Origin: Vicugna vicugna
Taxonomy: Eukaryota
Direction of reading: 5' to 3'
DNA length: 64,000 nucleotides
Assembly: GCA_013265495.1 (NCBI GenBank)
Contig: MU058781.1
Span: 11,763,009 to 11,827,008 of the forward strand
Below the pieces are notes generated by a model. That model was not told the origin of the DNA. It made no database searches and worked only from the letters and a program-made list of their open reading frames with translations. The position numbers and the translations under genes are program-made. Position 1 is the first letter of the stretch. Each line of letters opens with the position of its first letter. Positions 1-13,084 of the stretch are shown in pieces.

Positions 1-282
1 GTTCCTATAGTGGGAGCTACGCCAAGGACGCAGCCTTGAGACAGTAGGGTGTTGAGACCATCGGAACTGAATATGTGACTGAAATCAGTGAAAGCCTCCA
101 CATAGACTTTAAGATTCTGGTGGGCAGGTGTGGAGGTCTACTCATTTTGCAGTCACCCAAGGCAAGACTCCTATGTAAGTTTCCTTCCTTATTAAACCTG
201 CCACCTACTAATTCAGAGTGGTCTGCCTTTTTCTTTGGTCTCTCCCTGTCCTCCCTGTATGGGACCAGTTTGTGAACCAACA
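1..282 (+). mobile_element. 3' part of an ERV-type LTR (cut by window edge)
   Basis: ATTAAA polyA-like signal at 191-196, then a U5-like pyrimidine-rich stretch ending in ...gaaccaaCA at 282; family not identified. Confidence 0.5.
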
Positions 283-524
283 ACCTCTCAACAGGACAGG
301 AGAGGGGCCCTGCTGAGAAAGATGGTGGGTGAGAAATCCCTGGTGATGGGGTGGCCAAGGGACTTTTAAGAACAATATGTGCTCTCTGGATGGCTGTGAT
401 GTCACCCCTTCCTTAAACCTTCACAAAGTGCCCATATAAAGTGAATGGTATTTGGGAAACACAAGGGACAGAGGTGTGTTTGGGCCAGGATGGGCTATAA
501 GGAAGAGTGAGGTCAGGAGATCAA

Positions 525-565
525 AGTCCCCTCTAGGTCAAAGAAAATTGGACCTAGAGGGGACT
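525..565. repeat. Perfect inverted repeat, 15-bp arms, 11-nt loop
   Basis: agtcccctctaggtc (525-539) is the exact reverse complement of gacctagaggggact (551-565). Confidence 0.9.
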
Positions 566-622
566 ATAAGTACAAAACACCTTGGAATTCCAGAAGGAGA
601 AAAGAGAACAAATGATTAAGGA

Positions 623-1074
623 TACAATGGAATATTACTCAGTCATGAAAAATGATGGAAATGCTGCCATTTACAGCAACATGGATGGACCTAGAGATGA
701 TCATATTAAGTGAAGTAAGTCAGAGAAAGACAATGTGGAATCTAAAAAAATAATACAAATCTTATCTACCAACCAAAAAGAGATTAATGGACATAGAAAA
801 CAAACTATGGTTACCAAAGAGGAGAGGGTGGGGGAGGGATAAATTAGGAGTTTAGGATTAACAGATACACATTACTGTATATAAAACAGAGAAACAACAA
901 GGACCTACTGTATAGCACCAGGAACTATATTTAATTTCTTGTAATAACATATAATGTAGAAGGATCTGAAAAAAATATATGTATGTATATGTAAAACTGA
1001 ATTGGTTTGCTGTCCACCTGAAACTAACATTATAAATCAAGTACACTTCAATAAAAAACAAAATAAAAAAAAAA
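623..1074 (+). mobile_element. 5'-truncated LINE-1 3' end (ORF2 C-terminus remnant, 3'UTR, A-tail)
   Basis: L1 motifs acaatggaatattactcag and gcaacatggatggacctagag, AATAAA and A-rich tail; TSD gattaagga at 614-622 and 1075-1083. Confidence 0.9.
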
Positions 1075-3849
1075 GATTAAGGAAATAATAGAACTTTTTC
1101 TTAGTGGAAGATAAACTTGATTCCAGATTTAAAGAATCTAAAGATTGTGGGGCAGGAGTATTGAAAAAAGGCATACTATAGATAATCTGATGAAATTTAC
1201 AAATGATGAAAAAAAATCCTACAAGAAATCCTACAAGCTTCCAGACCACACCCACACTCCACCCTATTACCTGCACCAAAAGCCTCCCCCAGTCAAGCAC
1301 TTAATAAGGGAAAAGAGCCCTGCTGGCATTTGTGCTCTCATTTGTAAACTAAATACCAGGGAACCACGTAGAAGGATGTTTGCACAATGTTGAGCGAGAA
1401 TTCTATAGCCTATTGTAATTATTAAGTAAGACTATAAAATAAAGACCTTTTCAGACATGCAAGGGCTCAGAATATACACTTTTCAACTGTGCCTCCCAGA
1501 AAATCAATCCCATAGTGTCCTAATTGTCTCAACCGCAAACTCTTGGGTGAAAATATCCTGTAACAGAATGCTCCGTCCCCCAGAGTGGTCCTCCAGCCCT
1601 CTCCAGGGGAAGATCTGATTCTCCCCACTCTTGCCCACATGATCCCCTTTGTCTCTAGGCCTCTAAACATTGTCCCCATAAAACCCTCCCTGGGATGATG
1701 GCGTCTTCTAGCAACTGTCCTCTCTCTTCTCCCCGCATCTATCAAGTTTCTTGCTACCTTTCCTCCTCCTCTGAGTTTCCTACCTGTATTCTTCCCCCTC
1801 TGGCACCTGGCTTCTCCTACCAATCCATTGGCTCAAAGGCCATCAGTAGCCTCCACCCTGTGAAGGGGGATGACTATTGGTCAGCCCTTACCTCATTATT
1901 ACCTTGACCTTGCTATTACCCCCCAGTACAGCTGCCTACCTCCTTCTTGAATCTTTCCTACCTTCTAGAAATCTGAGAGTGTAACATATTCTCTCCTGGG
2001 TCTCCAGAGCCCTCCGCTCTTTGTTCTGTTCTAGTTCTGGTTGCTTTGTTTTATTTTTCTCCTTCTCTTCTGCCTGACCTTAAATGTTACTACTTCCCAG
2101 TCTCCCTGGCCTCACTGATCTTATTATAGAGACTGTCTGTCTCACTCATTTGTTTCCAGAGAGCAAAACCTCCTCAAGTAAGAAGAGGGATTTGCTGGGA
2201 GGAGCCAGGGATATCTCACAGGCTTCTCCCTCTCCTATCAGGATAGGGAAAAACACTCCTCCTTGTGTTCCCACGGCATACGGGAGAAGGGATGAAGACT
2301 AAACTGAATGGCCAGACACTGGCATTGACCAGGTCAAGTTCATGAGTGGCCAGGACCACTGAAGAGTGGGCACAGTGAAGGGGGATGGCTGGGGTTCTTT
2401 TTTAGGCTACAGGTTGGGCCCAAGGTCTCCTCTGCAAGCCCCATCATATCTCAGCAGGCACACTGGAACATGCCACTCCCTCAACAGAAATCCAGGCTGT
2501 AAGACTGAGGACCCTCCGAAAGCCTTTGTCTTCAGCCATGTTCTACAATCTGGCTTTCATCAAAGAAGTCTGCCCTGGGATTTATAGGCTACTGTACTAA
2601 TAAAATCATCCTTTCTGCCCATGCGCAAGTAGGTCTATATGTGTACGCCCCACTTGCTAGAATCCAGAGAACCCTCTCCCTGAACAGCATTAGTGAAATT
2701 GAATTCATTCTAAGACTGGGCGTTCTAAATTATGAGCTCTGAAAGACAAGCAGCATCTTCTTTTTATTGCCAATATCTGGAAAGAAGGGCCTAGACCAGA
2801 GGCACACAGTACATGTTTAATAAATATTGGTACAACAAACAGGTCCTTAGCATATTTCCTTATTTAGAAGTTTGCTTCTGCAACCAAATACCCATGTCCT
2901 TTGAATCCTGCTTCCATTTTTCCCTTCCTGCAAATACTGGAAGACCACTTTTGTCTCCTTTCTCCTTCCTAGGAGGATGCCATGCACATATCAAACATTT
3001 CTGAATGATTTTGAAATTTCAGGAAAATAATACGGGGATAGCCTTTGCTAATCAAGCGTAATGGCACCCTCTGCCAGCACAGAAGAAACGTTCTAATGTA
3101 ATTGTTTCACTTGAATCCGTTTCACTCCCATATTTGTACAAGATGTTAGAGCAACTGGATGGAGAAACATGAGAGGTCAGCTCTCTGCTGTTCTGTTCAT
3201 GGCCTGGGCGGATAGCTGCATCTGAGCTGATGAAAACAGGACTCAAGAGGAGTGAGCCTTGTTTCTTTTCCTGTGAAGTGTTGTTGGATTGTTCATCTTC
3301 CTTTCTGGACCAAGGAGAAAACCAAAAGGGAGGGAGTTATTTTTTAGCTCTTCTTGACCTATACATTTATAGGTTGCTCTTTATCTTCCCTTGACTAATT
3401 TCAGCCATTGCCTTTCCATCAGGCACAAACCCAAGTTAGTAGCTACACAGCTGGTCAGACAACTTTGCCATTCCACAGCTCTCACTCATTTTTAAAATCT
3501 ATTCCAGAAACCCACTCGCAGGTTGATCCCAATCCTCCAAGTGTCAAGGCATTTAGCCTATATTCCTAAGGGAAACTGCCCTTCCTGCCACAAATGATCC
3601 ATCAGTGCAGCTAAACCCCCACAGGGCACCTTTCGGTGTTAAGCCCTAAAGTACGTGCTGATGATATAAAATCAAAGAAGGTACAGTCCCTGATTTTCAG
3701 AAGTTCACAGCCTAGTGAAGGAGACAGATATCTGGTTGGAAAATGTTGGCAAAGTGTGACAAGTGACCGATTCCTCCACCTTGGTTCCAGAAATTCTCCT
3801 CCAATCTGTTGTCTCTGGAACCTTGTGCTTTGTCCCTTTCTCTCCACTC

Positions 3850-4995
3850 TCCCCTCTACATGCTACATCATTTTAGCATTTAAATATATGCAAGCCTCTC
3901 CCATTCTAAGAACTACCATTCTTAACTCACTATTGTCTCCCAGCAATGATCCTTTCTCTTCCAAACCAGTGAAGAGGAGTGTTCACTTACTGTCTTTCTT
4001 CTTCCTTTCTTTTTACTTGCCATTGCCCAATCAAGCCACTCCATATGAATTTTACCCTCTTCTTTCCACCAGAAGTGTTCTCCCTAAGCTCAGCAGTATG
4101 TTCAACATCACAAAATTCAAACAATGCTTTTTAGTCACCCCTTTACTGGACATCTCAGCTCTGGTTGACAGGGTTCTCCTTTTGGAAACTCTCCTTTTGG
4201 TCTTCACAGAACCATTCTGGACCCTTTGTCCTCCCTTCTCCCCCAGCTTCTACAAAAACACCAAACCCGGTTACCTCCAAGTGAATAGAGGGCCCAGGTC
4301 CAAGCCCACATCATTCTCATCCAACTGCAGCAGGAACATCCTTAGCTTTCTGCCTCTCCTCTTGCCAACCTGCCTCCAACCCACTTGCTACGTTACAGCC
4401 AAATGAGCTTTGTAAATGTCAGATTTGACCCTCTTTCCTGCCTTAAACACTTAATAATTTCCAACTGCCTTGAAGATGAAGTCCAAAGTCTTTCGGACAG
4501 CTTATAATGTTCATCCTGATCAGACCTGTCCCTTCCTCTCCAGCCTCATCTCCTACCAATCTTTTTCATCCCTCTCTCCACTCTGGCCAGTGTGACCATA
4601 TACTTTTTCTAATGTTCCATGGACTTTCTCACTTTAGCTTTTCCTTCTGCTTGAACATTCTCCCTCCCCATCTTTGCCTGACTGACTCCAACTCACTACT
4701 CAGATTTCAATGTAAATGCCATTTCTTCTAGAAATATCTGATATCCACAGATTTGCTTAAATCCCAATATAAGGTCCTATTGTAACTGACTATATTTCAA
4801 TTAAAAAAAATCCTATTGCACGTAGCACTTTGCATGTCTCCTCCTTAACATCTGGCACACTTATTATTACTTATTCAATGTCTGTCTTTGTCCCTAGAAA
4901 TTAAGCTAAATTAAAGCAGGGGACAGCCTGTCTTGTTCATCACCATATCCCCCACACCTAGCACGGTGCAGCATTGGGAAGGAATGAATGGATAC
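3850..4995 (+). mobile_element. Degraded LINE-2 remnants
   Basis: Pyrimidine-rich L2-like text ending in typical L2 3' motifs (tcttgttcatcaccatatcccccacacctagcac...gaatgaatg); boundaries approximate. Confidence 0.6.
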
Positions 4996-6074
4996 ACTGA
5001 ATGCTATAAAAATAACAAAGAGCGACACTTAAGACAGTGCTCAGAGGGAAATGAGGGCCAAGTCGCTTCTAAATCTATATTACTATAATTTCTAGAGGAA
5101 ATTTAATCAAAACCAGAGGAAGGTTGATAGAAAGAGCCGGATGTTTGTGAAGAGTGAGGATATTTGTGGAAGACGGTTAAGGAGAGTGAATGGGTTTTAA
5201 GAGAATCATTGTTATTCTGAAGTTTTATAACATAAAATACAGCAGGATCTACAGGGCGACAATATCCAGTAATGCTCAGCAGGAGTAAAAGTCATGCCCT
5301 GAGGAGTAAATCTGTCAGATTAACTCAGGGTACGTATATTTACCTAAGTAAATATGTGGCAGGACAGATGCAAACAAGAGCTTCTGGGATTTAACATTAT
5401 CTCATTCCATAAATCAACCACGCCTGGACCTACAATCAAGGCTCTGTACAAACAAAAATTTGATCTAGGGAAAAAATAAATTCATGAAAATTTTAAAATC
5501 ATAGATGCTTAGGGGTGAAAGAGACTCCATATTATCCAGTTCAACCCTCCCACACCAGGCTGAATAAGGTTAAGTCATTTTTCTAAGGTTACGTGCCCAG
5601 TTAGTGGCACCTTTGGTAAGAGAAACCCAGTTTCTATGTTAATGAAACTGAATTCTTTCTAAGTCTTGATTCCATAAACTCTAATTTTATGGAATTTATA
5701 AGCCTTCTCCAAACCATGTCCTGAAAAAGTTTTCCTGAAAAACTTTGCCTTCCTCCAATCAGATCCTGAGCCACCAAATAGCATAAACAGAATCCTCAGG
5801 TGTTGCTAGTCCCAAGAACACCTTCCCCTCACCACCCACACTGCTGAAAGGCTCAGGAGATGATAACAGTAGAAACTAAGAACTTTGAGGAATTCCTTGA
5901 CATCATGCTATAAAGGAGAATTCAAGGAGTAAGTCCTCTATGGCATTATGTACCACTGTCTCCATCTGTCCTTTCTGAGTTCTGGGAAAATCAGTTTCTT
6001 TGCTGTCATAGAATATTTGGAAAACTTCTTGTGTTCGGAAACTTATTCAAGATGATCTAGCATCTCCACTCATA

Positions 6075-6980
6075 GATACGTAACCAAAATAATTTAAAGC
6101 AGGGACTCAAACAGATACTTGTAAACCAATATTCTTAGCATCATTAGTCACAACAGCCAAAAGGTGGAAATTATCCAAGTGTCCATCAACAGATGAGCTG
6201 ATAAACAGAATGTGTTATATACACAATGGAATATTATTCAACCATTAAAAAGGAACGAAATTCTGATACATGCTACAATGTGAATGTAACTTGAAAACAT
6301 GCTAAGTGTAATAAGCCAGACACAAAAGGACACATATTGTACAATTCCACTTAGGTGAGATACCATAGAATAGAATTACCAAGGGCTGGAGGCAGGCAGG
6401 GCGTTACTGCTTAATGCGTACATAGTTTCTATTTGAGCCCATGAAAAAGGTATTGATTAATGAATACATAGTTTCCATTTGGGATGATGAAAAAGTTCTG
6501 GAAAAGTGGTCATTGTTGCACAACGTTGTACATGTATTTAATGACACTGAATGTACACTTAAAAATGGTTAAGATTGTGAATTTTATGTTATGCATTTTT
6601 TTACCACGGTAAAAAAAAAAAATTACTCAACAGCTCCCAGTTCCAAGCAGGACGGAATCTTAAAATATGTTCAAGCAACATAAAGGAAGGCACAAAGAGA
6701 GGAGCCAAGGCACAAGAAACAGAAAACAGACAAAACAAAAAACAGAATGTGAGATATAAGCACTGATATATCAGCAATTACCTTAAACGTAAGTAGTCTA
6801 AATACAGCAAATCCAAGACAGAAATTTGCAAAGGGAATGAAAAACCATGATCCAACAATATGCTATCTATAATCAGTTCATTTCAGATATGACCCAGGAA
6901 GGTAGAAAGTAAAAGGTTAGAAAAAAATATACTATACATTCAACAAAAAAAGCAGGATTTGACTATACTAATATCAGGTA
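6075..6980 (+). mobile_element. Old L1M fragments (3' end followed by ORF2 EN-start remnant)
   Basis: aagtgtccatcaacagatgag, acaatggaatattattca and cacttaaaaatggttaag L1MB-type 3' motifs; EN-like ccatgatccaacaatatgctatctat near 6850. Confidence 0.8.
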
Positions 6981-8322
6981 ATCAGTAATCATTCATTTTG
7001 AGCCACACTTTAAAAAGTTAACTTGTGGATTAAAAAGTTAATACTTAAAGGCTAAATGGCTTCATACTACTATTTTCCAAACAATCCAATGTCAATAAAG
7101 CACATTACCTGATTCAGTTTCTCTCCTAATAAAGCACCAGTGTCCTCTTCCTGCGATGCGTAGACTGAAACTGGATTGGATGAGGACAGACGCATGTTCT
7201 CTTTCTCTGTTGTGACACCTGGCTGCCGTGAAGCTGAACTCTGCCATCCCAACCTCTACTTGCTCCCCACACCCTGTGCAGATGGCTGTAGTCAACCCAG
7301 GATTGGCTGGATCGTGTATGTTGGGGAATGAAGTTAGGCAGTGAATTAAAGGAAAATGATGATACAGCCCTACCCTGCTACTGATGAAGTGAGGGAGAAG
7401 TTACGGGGTGGAAAACAATTCATTTTTCTTAAGTTGCAGAACTGCAGCCTCAAAAGCAGAAGTTTGTGGCCAGTTGTTTGGGTTCCTCCCCTCCTCCCCT
7501 TCAAGAGCACAGTTTCTTGACACGACATCCTGATCTGCACAGGGCCAGGCACCATCTGGCATGTGAATATAAGAGCAGGGTTTCTCCAGCCTGAGAATTT
7601 ATCCCTGCTCCCCACTTATGCTGGCTCTGGGTATTATCTTCTTTCCTTCTGAGGCCGGTTCCATTTCTAGTTTCTAAACTACGTAGAACTGAAGTTCTTA
7701 TGTAAACATGGAGAGGCAGCATTTTTCATTTAAAAAGGGTCAACATTGAATAAGCATAAATACAATTTCCAGGATTAGAAATTCATTGTAAAGTTGTGAG
7801 AAAAAAGGATCTGATACAATCCTTCCAGAACTAAACTCAATGAAGAATACATGACGTTCACTAATATTTAAGGAGCACCACTTGCAAGAATTGTGGTTCT
7901 CCTGTTCAGACGGTCAGGTCTCGTGTCCAGGTCTGACACCTAGAAAACCTCACCTCCACTGCAGTAGAGACATTTCTAGCCACTCAACTTCCTGGTGACC
8001 ATCCTAAGTACCAAGAAAGCATTAAGAGGAATATACTAACTTTGTGTGTGGTCAGATTTAGGGTCAGTGATTTTGAAGGTCCTAATAAATATAAGGGAAA
8101 TCATTTTTCTTAGGATATTTACTTCTGGTGCAGCTAAACTAAATGAAGGAGATATGATTAAATAGTTACTAGAATGAGACTCTAGTTGAGGGAGATAAAT
8201 GTGTGATCCTCTCATCATTCCTGCAGTTGCAATCTCACATTATGTTTTTCTGGTGGGAAATACTTGACCAAGTAGCTTCCATTTTGGAAATTAGAAGAAC
8301 AAGTTCCTAGGAGTTAGGGAAA

Positions 8323-8815
8323 GTGGCAGATTATATTTTCCAAGATGGCCACATCATCGCACAGGCTGTTCTTACAATGTGACTGACATTCCTCTCACTG
8401 AGATCTCAGGTCTGTGTCCCACCCACCCCCCAGCTTGTATCTGACAGAAATGATGCTTTGTGGCTTCCAAAGCTTGGTCTACAACAATACAGCTCCCACT
8501 GGCCCTCTCTCTGGGAGGCCTGTCCCTGGAAGCCAGTCACTGCATTAGGAAGAAGCCTGCACCACGTGAAGGAACCGCCATGTGTAGGTGTCTGGCAACT
8601 CCAGCTGAGGGCTCAGTCTCCATCAATCCTAGGCATGTGAGGGAGTGAGCTTTCCAACGATCCCATCCCCAGCTACTCCAGTCTCCCTGCTGAGGCTCCA
8701 GACAGCACGTAGCAGAGATAAGCTGTCCCTGCCACTGTGCTCCGACTGGGAATGCCTGACCCACAGGCTCCGTGAGCAACATAAATTATTGTTCTCACTA
8801 CTGGAAAAATAAGAA
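8323..8815 (+). mobile_element. MaLR LTR (MLT1-type), old
   Basis: Starts gtggcagattatattttccaagatggccac; contains MLT1-like cctgacccacag...gtgagcaacataaattattgtt. Confidence 0.65.
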
Positions 8816-10219
8816 GTACTAAAGTGACACTTAAATGCAGTTTCTGTTTGTATAAGGTGAAAACATTACAGATGTTGTCAGGCTAGAGGGTCACAGACAC
8901 ACAGCACTAGCACTACACAGTATGGTTATAACAGAAGGTCTGTTAGAGAAAAGCTCACAGAGCAGAAACAGAGCACATGGCGCTCCCGCCCCTCTAGCTC
9001 TCATTTCCCCACAGCCTGGGCCGGGCATAGGTGGTCTATCTGCACAATGGCCAATGGGCAGCAGAGAAGGGACGGCCTATTGAGGGCCTGCATCTACACT
9101 GAAGGTCAAAGTCTGCATATGGAAGACCCTGAAACAATTTTGAAGAGCCTCTGCATACCCAGAATGCTAACATCGGCCAAAAGCCTCCCCTTTGCAGACT
9201 GGCTCCGGCCAGCTCAGGCTGGCAGAAAGAAATGGACACTCCGGCCATCCAGATGCATCTCCCAACAGACATAAAGAGAGAAAAGTCAAAATTTCCCCTA
9301 ACGTTCTCCTCTGCCCTTCTCCCATCAATTAAAACAAGACTGAGTCTTGTTTCACCCTTCAGTTGGACAGAATTTTAAAGATGAATGTTACTCAGAGTTG
9401 GTGAGCATGTTGGGAAAGGTGTCTGCTCATAATACTCACAGGAGTAGAAATTGGTAGCTTTAGGGGAAAATTTGACAGCATCTAGCAAATTTTCAACGTG
9501 AGTATCCTTCGCCTCTACTTCTACTCTAGTGTAAGTTTTTGTAAAGAAGAACTTTATCATGTGTCCAAAAACGTCAACTACAACAAAATATTGAAAATAC
9601 TCATAGATGAATGAGCCAATAAATTATGGTACCTATGGTAAGCTCCATAGGTAGGTCTTTGATTCTACCTGGAGAAAAACTGCCCTTACTAATCAAATAG
9701 TAATGAAAATATCCACCTCTGAGAGCTGCCATGATGGTAAACAAAATAGGTAGAATTGAGTCCTAAGTTATAATTTGTTGTACAAAATTCCAGGAGCTAT
9801 TTGGATGTTGGCCTTTGCTGGATGAAAATTACTTCTCTGCCAAGTTCAGAGTCACTCTGGGAAGTTTCAGAGAGTCTTAGTTCAATGGTTATGGAAGAAA
9901 AGGGGAGAGGCACGAAGGGGCATGGGGAAGGGTCAAACATTAAAAACACTGTCATAGCTGAAGATGAGGAGGCTGATGGCAAGTGCTAAGCCTGAATCCT
10001 CACCATGCTAAAAAAGAAATGGTAATAGGAAAGATTGTACACTCGTTCAAAGCTTTAAGCATGCACTGAATTTAATCCTCACAACCAGGAAACTCTTGAA
10101 GTTGGAAGGGGACTTCCCCAGTAGTTCCCTCACCTGATTGTCATTCCTTAATCATACTTGATGGGAAATGAGATCGCAGGATTTTTAAAGTTATTGGAGC
10201 AGAGAGTGTCTACAAACTT

Positions 10220-10690
10220 GGTGATGAGTTTCCAAGGGTTGCCATAACCAAGCACGACAAACTGGGTGGCTTAGAACAACACAAATGTATCCTCTCACAG
10301 TTCTAGACGCCAGAAGTCCCAAATCAAGGTGTCAGCAGGATTGGTTCCTTCTGGGGGCTCTAAAGGAGGATCTGCTCTTGCCTCTTTCCTAGCTTCAGTA
10401 CTGGCAACCCTGGGAGTTCCTTGGCTCGTAAATTTGTCACTTTGGTCTCTGCCTCCATCTTTATATCACCTTCTTCTGTTTCTCCTCTTCTTGTCTGTGT
10501 CTTTCTCTGTTCTTATAAAAACACTTGCCATTGGATTTAAGGTTGAGTCTACCTGGATAATTGGATAATTTCATCTTAAAATTCTTAACTTCATTGTATC
10601 TTCAGAGACCCTTTTCTCAAATAAAGTCACATTTAGAGGTTCTAGGTAAACATATCTTCAGAGGGTGGGGCAACCAATCAACTCACCACA
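10220..10690 (-). mobile_element. MaLR LTR (MLT1 family)
   Basis: Characteristic caaactgggtggcttagaacaac...ctcacagttctag...ccagaagtcccaaatcaaggtgtcagcagg, ending ...caactcaccaca. Confidence 0.85.
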
Positions 10691-12102
10691 TCTTGTTTGT
10701 GTGATTTTAGTTCTGGGAAATAAAAGCTATAATATAATCTAAAGGGAAATAAAAGCTATAAAATAATAATAAAAAAAAAGTCAAGTTTCCCAAGCAGTTT
10801 CTAGTTGACAGATGTAAATTGTCTGTAGTACCCTCTTCAAAACATTGTAGTGTCCTCTTTTACAACTGATACAAGCTAAAAATGTTACTAAAACAGTTAC
10901 CACATAGGAAAGCCTTTCGCCCTCCCAACTTCTCTTTATGGAATTCAGTTAAAGAAAACAAATTTTCTCAGTTATAGTGTACTGAGATATATAATTACTC
11001 AAGAGGGCAAAAAGAGCATAACTAAGCAGCCTAACAGAGTTAGATGTGCTGTCTACTAAATTTAGATTGTTTCCAGTAAAGTGATGAACTAAACACTTGA
11101 ATAGGTCCTCTTGTTGAAAATAAGTAAAAACAGACAAAAATCTTAAAAAGAGTCAATGAGCTATCATGAAAGAAGAAAGGAATTCTCAAACCAGCGACAG
11201 AGGGAAGACAAGGGACTCTACAGGCACATTTAGGGAGCACTAGAGCCAGCCACTCACCAGACAAGGGGGAGAAGGGAAGACAGACTGAGCTTCGAAGTCA
11301 TGGCCTCAAAAAACTCCAGAGACACAGCCCAGATCCTGCCCAGCTGAGGAGTCTAACAGATATTCTACCCCAAAGTTGGTATCCCAATGGGTTAAACCAT
11401 CAATTTAAAGAAGAGAGAAGAAACAAGCAAACAAGAAACAAACAAACAAACAAACAAAAAAACAGAACCTGGCCTTTAGGAATGTTTTCAGCCTGAATTC
11501 ATGCTACCTGGGAGAACTGGAGAAAGATTTAATTTTCAGTGAATCTAGACTATTAGTTCCCATAAATCTGGAAGAAGCAAATGAAAATCCCCCTCTGAAG
11601 GACTCCACCTCCAAACCAGCTCAAGATCATTTCCACACGTAAAATTCCAAAGCATTGAGCAGCTCCTAGTATAAAATAACTAAACCACCAAAGCACCATA
11701 GGAAAAAAACAACACAAAAGGTCCATAATAGTATCATTAATTCAGTTCTATGAACTGTGCCCACAAATATGTGTCAATTTACACACTTACACATATGTCA
11801 CGTGGGCATAAAAGAAGTATCTCTAACCAAGAGAATGCTGATAGAGCCGCACTGACAATAGAGAAAGAGTATGTTAAGCAATAAACGTGCCCAGAGATAG
11901 GCATTTCACTAAGATAAAATGTTCAGTTCAGCAGAAATCCTAATAATTTGAAAGCTGCATGCGCTAGTAACAGCCTGGAGATATACTGACAAACTCTAAG
12001 AAGTAAAAGGCAAGATCAAAATCATGGTAGATTTGTAAAGACTCCCTCAGTAGCTGATAATATAAGCAGATAATAATGTATTTTAGAAATTAATTAGGAA
12101 GG

Positions 12103-12816
12103 CGCGCGCGCGCAGCGGGAAGCGCATGAAAAGCGCTGCGTGCCAGCCCAGAGCGAGGCCTTCTCACCTGTGGGAACTAAGGAGGGATGTTCAGAAGGCC
12201 AGTGGCCTGATCGGATTCGCCCCTGGAGAAGCAGTCTCTGCAGGAGTATGGCTGCACCTGGAGGGGCGGGAGGGAGAGGCACCGGAGTCAAGAGAACAAA
12301 AAATAGGACCCACCAGAGGTGCCTGGCTGGGCACCGCGTGGGAAAAGGAGGCACCTCCTGGACGCGGCCCAGGCAACAGGACTGGGAACACAGAAACGGT
12401 TCCTCCCCGTCCTATACATCAGGAAAGGCTCCTCCCCGCCGCGTCACAGACTAATGAGTGCTTGAGGACATATGGGAGCCCGCCCCGCACCCTCCCACCC
12501 TGGCGAAACCTCCGCCGTGCCTCCCGCTCCCAGCGCGCAGGGCGGGCGCTCTGCTCCGCGGGTGCTCGCTGCGCCTCCTGCTCTCCCAGCCCTCCCTGCT
12601 CTCCGCGCTCCCTGCTCCCCGCTCTCCCTCCTCCAGGACTAAGGGTCTGCTCAGGCAGGGAGAGTGAGCAATAACTTCACTTGGGGTAACTGGTCTTCAG
12701 AAAGAATTTTGTCCTGATGATGGTATACGTGCAGATTCCAGACTCATTAGGATCATGGTCAGAATAATATCAGTCCCCAAAGGTACGCATAAATTTGGGG
12801 CTAGGTCAGAAAAAGA
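12103..12816 (+). pseudogene. CpG-rich TSD-flanked insert, probable L1-mediated retrocopy of an unidentified cellular transcript
   Basis: Direct repeat aattaggaagg at 12092-12102 and 12817-12827; short A-rich end with CATAAA at 12788-12793; host L1 EN-like sequence resumes after the right TSD. Confidence 0.65.
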
Positions 12817-13084
12817 AATTAGGAAGGATGAAGTGGGTTTGAAGAACACAGTTAACAAATCTCACCTAATGGAAAAAGAGGTATATAAACCAAAGGCCGA
12901 TGAACCCTTGAAAAAGTGCCCAGCATCATTAGTTACCAGAGAAACGTAAATTAAAACAAGAAATGAGTGGAAACAAAAGCCTCAGGAATGACTCATGTAT
13001 TTCCACTTCTGGCTAGGATGGAATAATAGAGACTAGACTTACCATCTTGTATGAAACAACCAAAAAAAAAAAAAGGAAAAAAAA

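Noticed and set aside
3636..4406. 256-aa plus-strand ORF
   Set aside because: Non-ATG start, L/S/P/F-rich low-information sequence overlapping L2 remnants, no recognisable domain.
6411..6498. ~46-bp diverged tandem duplication
   Set aside because: Ordinary old slippage within an L1M 3'UTR.
10715..10761. 18-bp direct repeat gggaaataaaagctataa with an 11-nt spacer
   Set aside because: Most simply a small local duplication in AT-rich DNA; no element between the copies.
12715..12810. TGATGA motif suggesting a C/D box snoRNA at the end of the insert
   Set aside because: No properly placed terminal CTGA D box or terminal stem was found.
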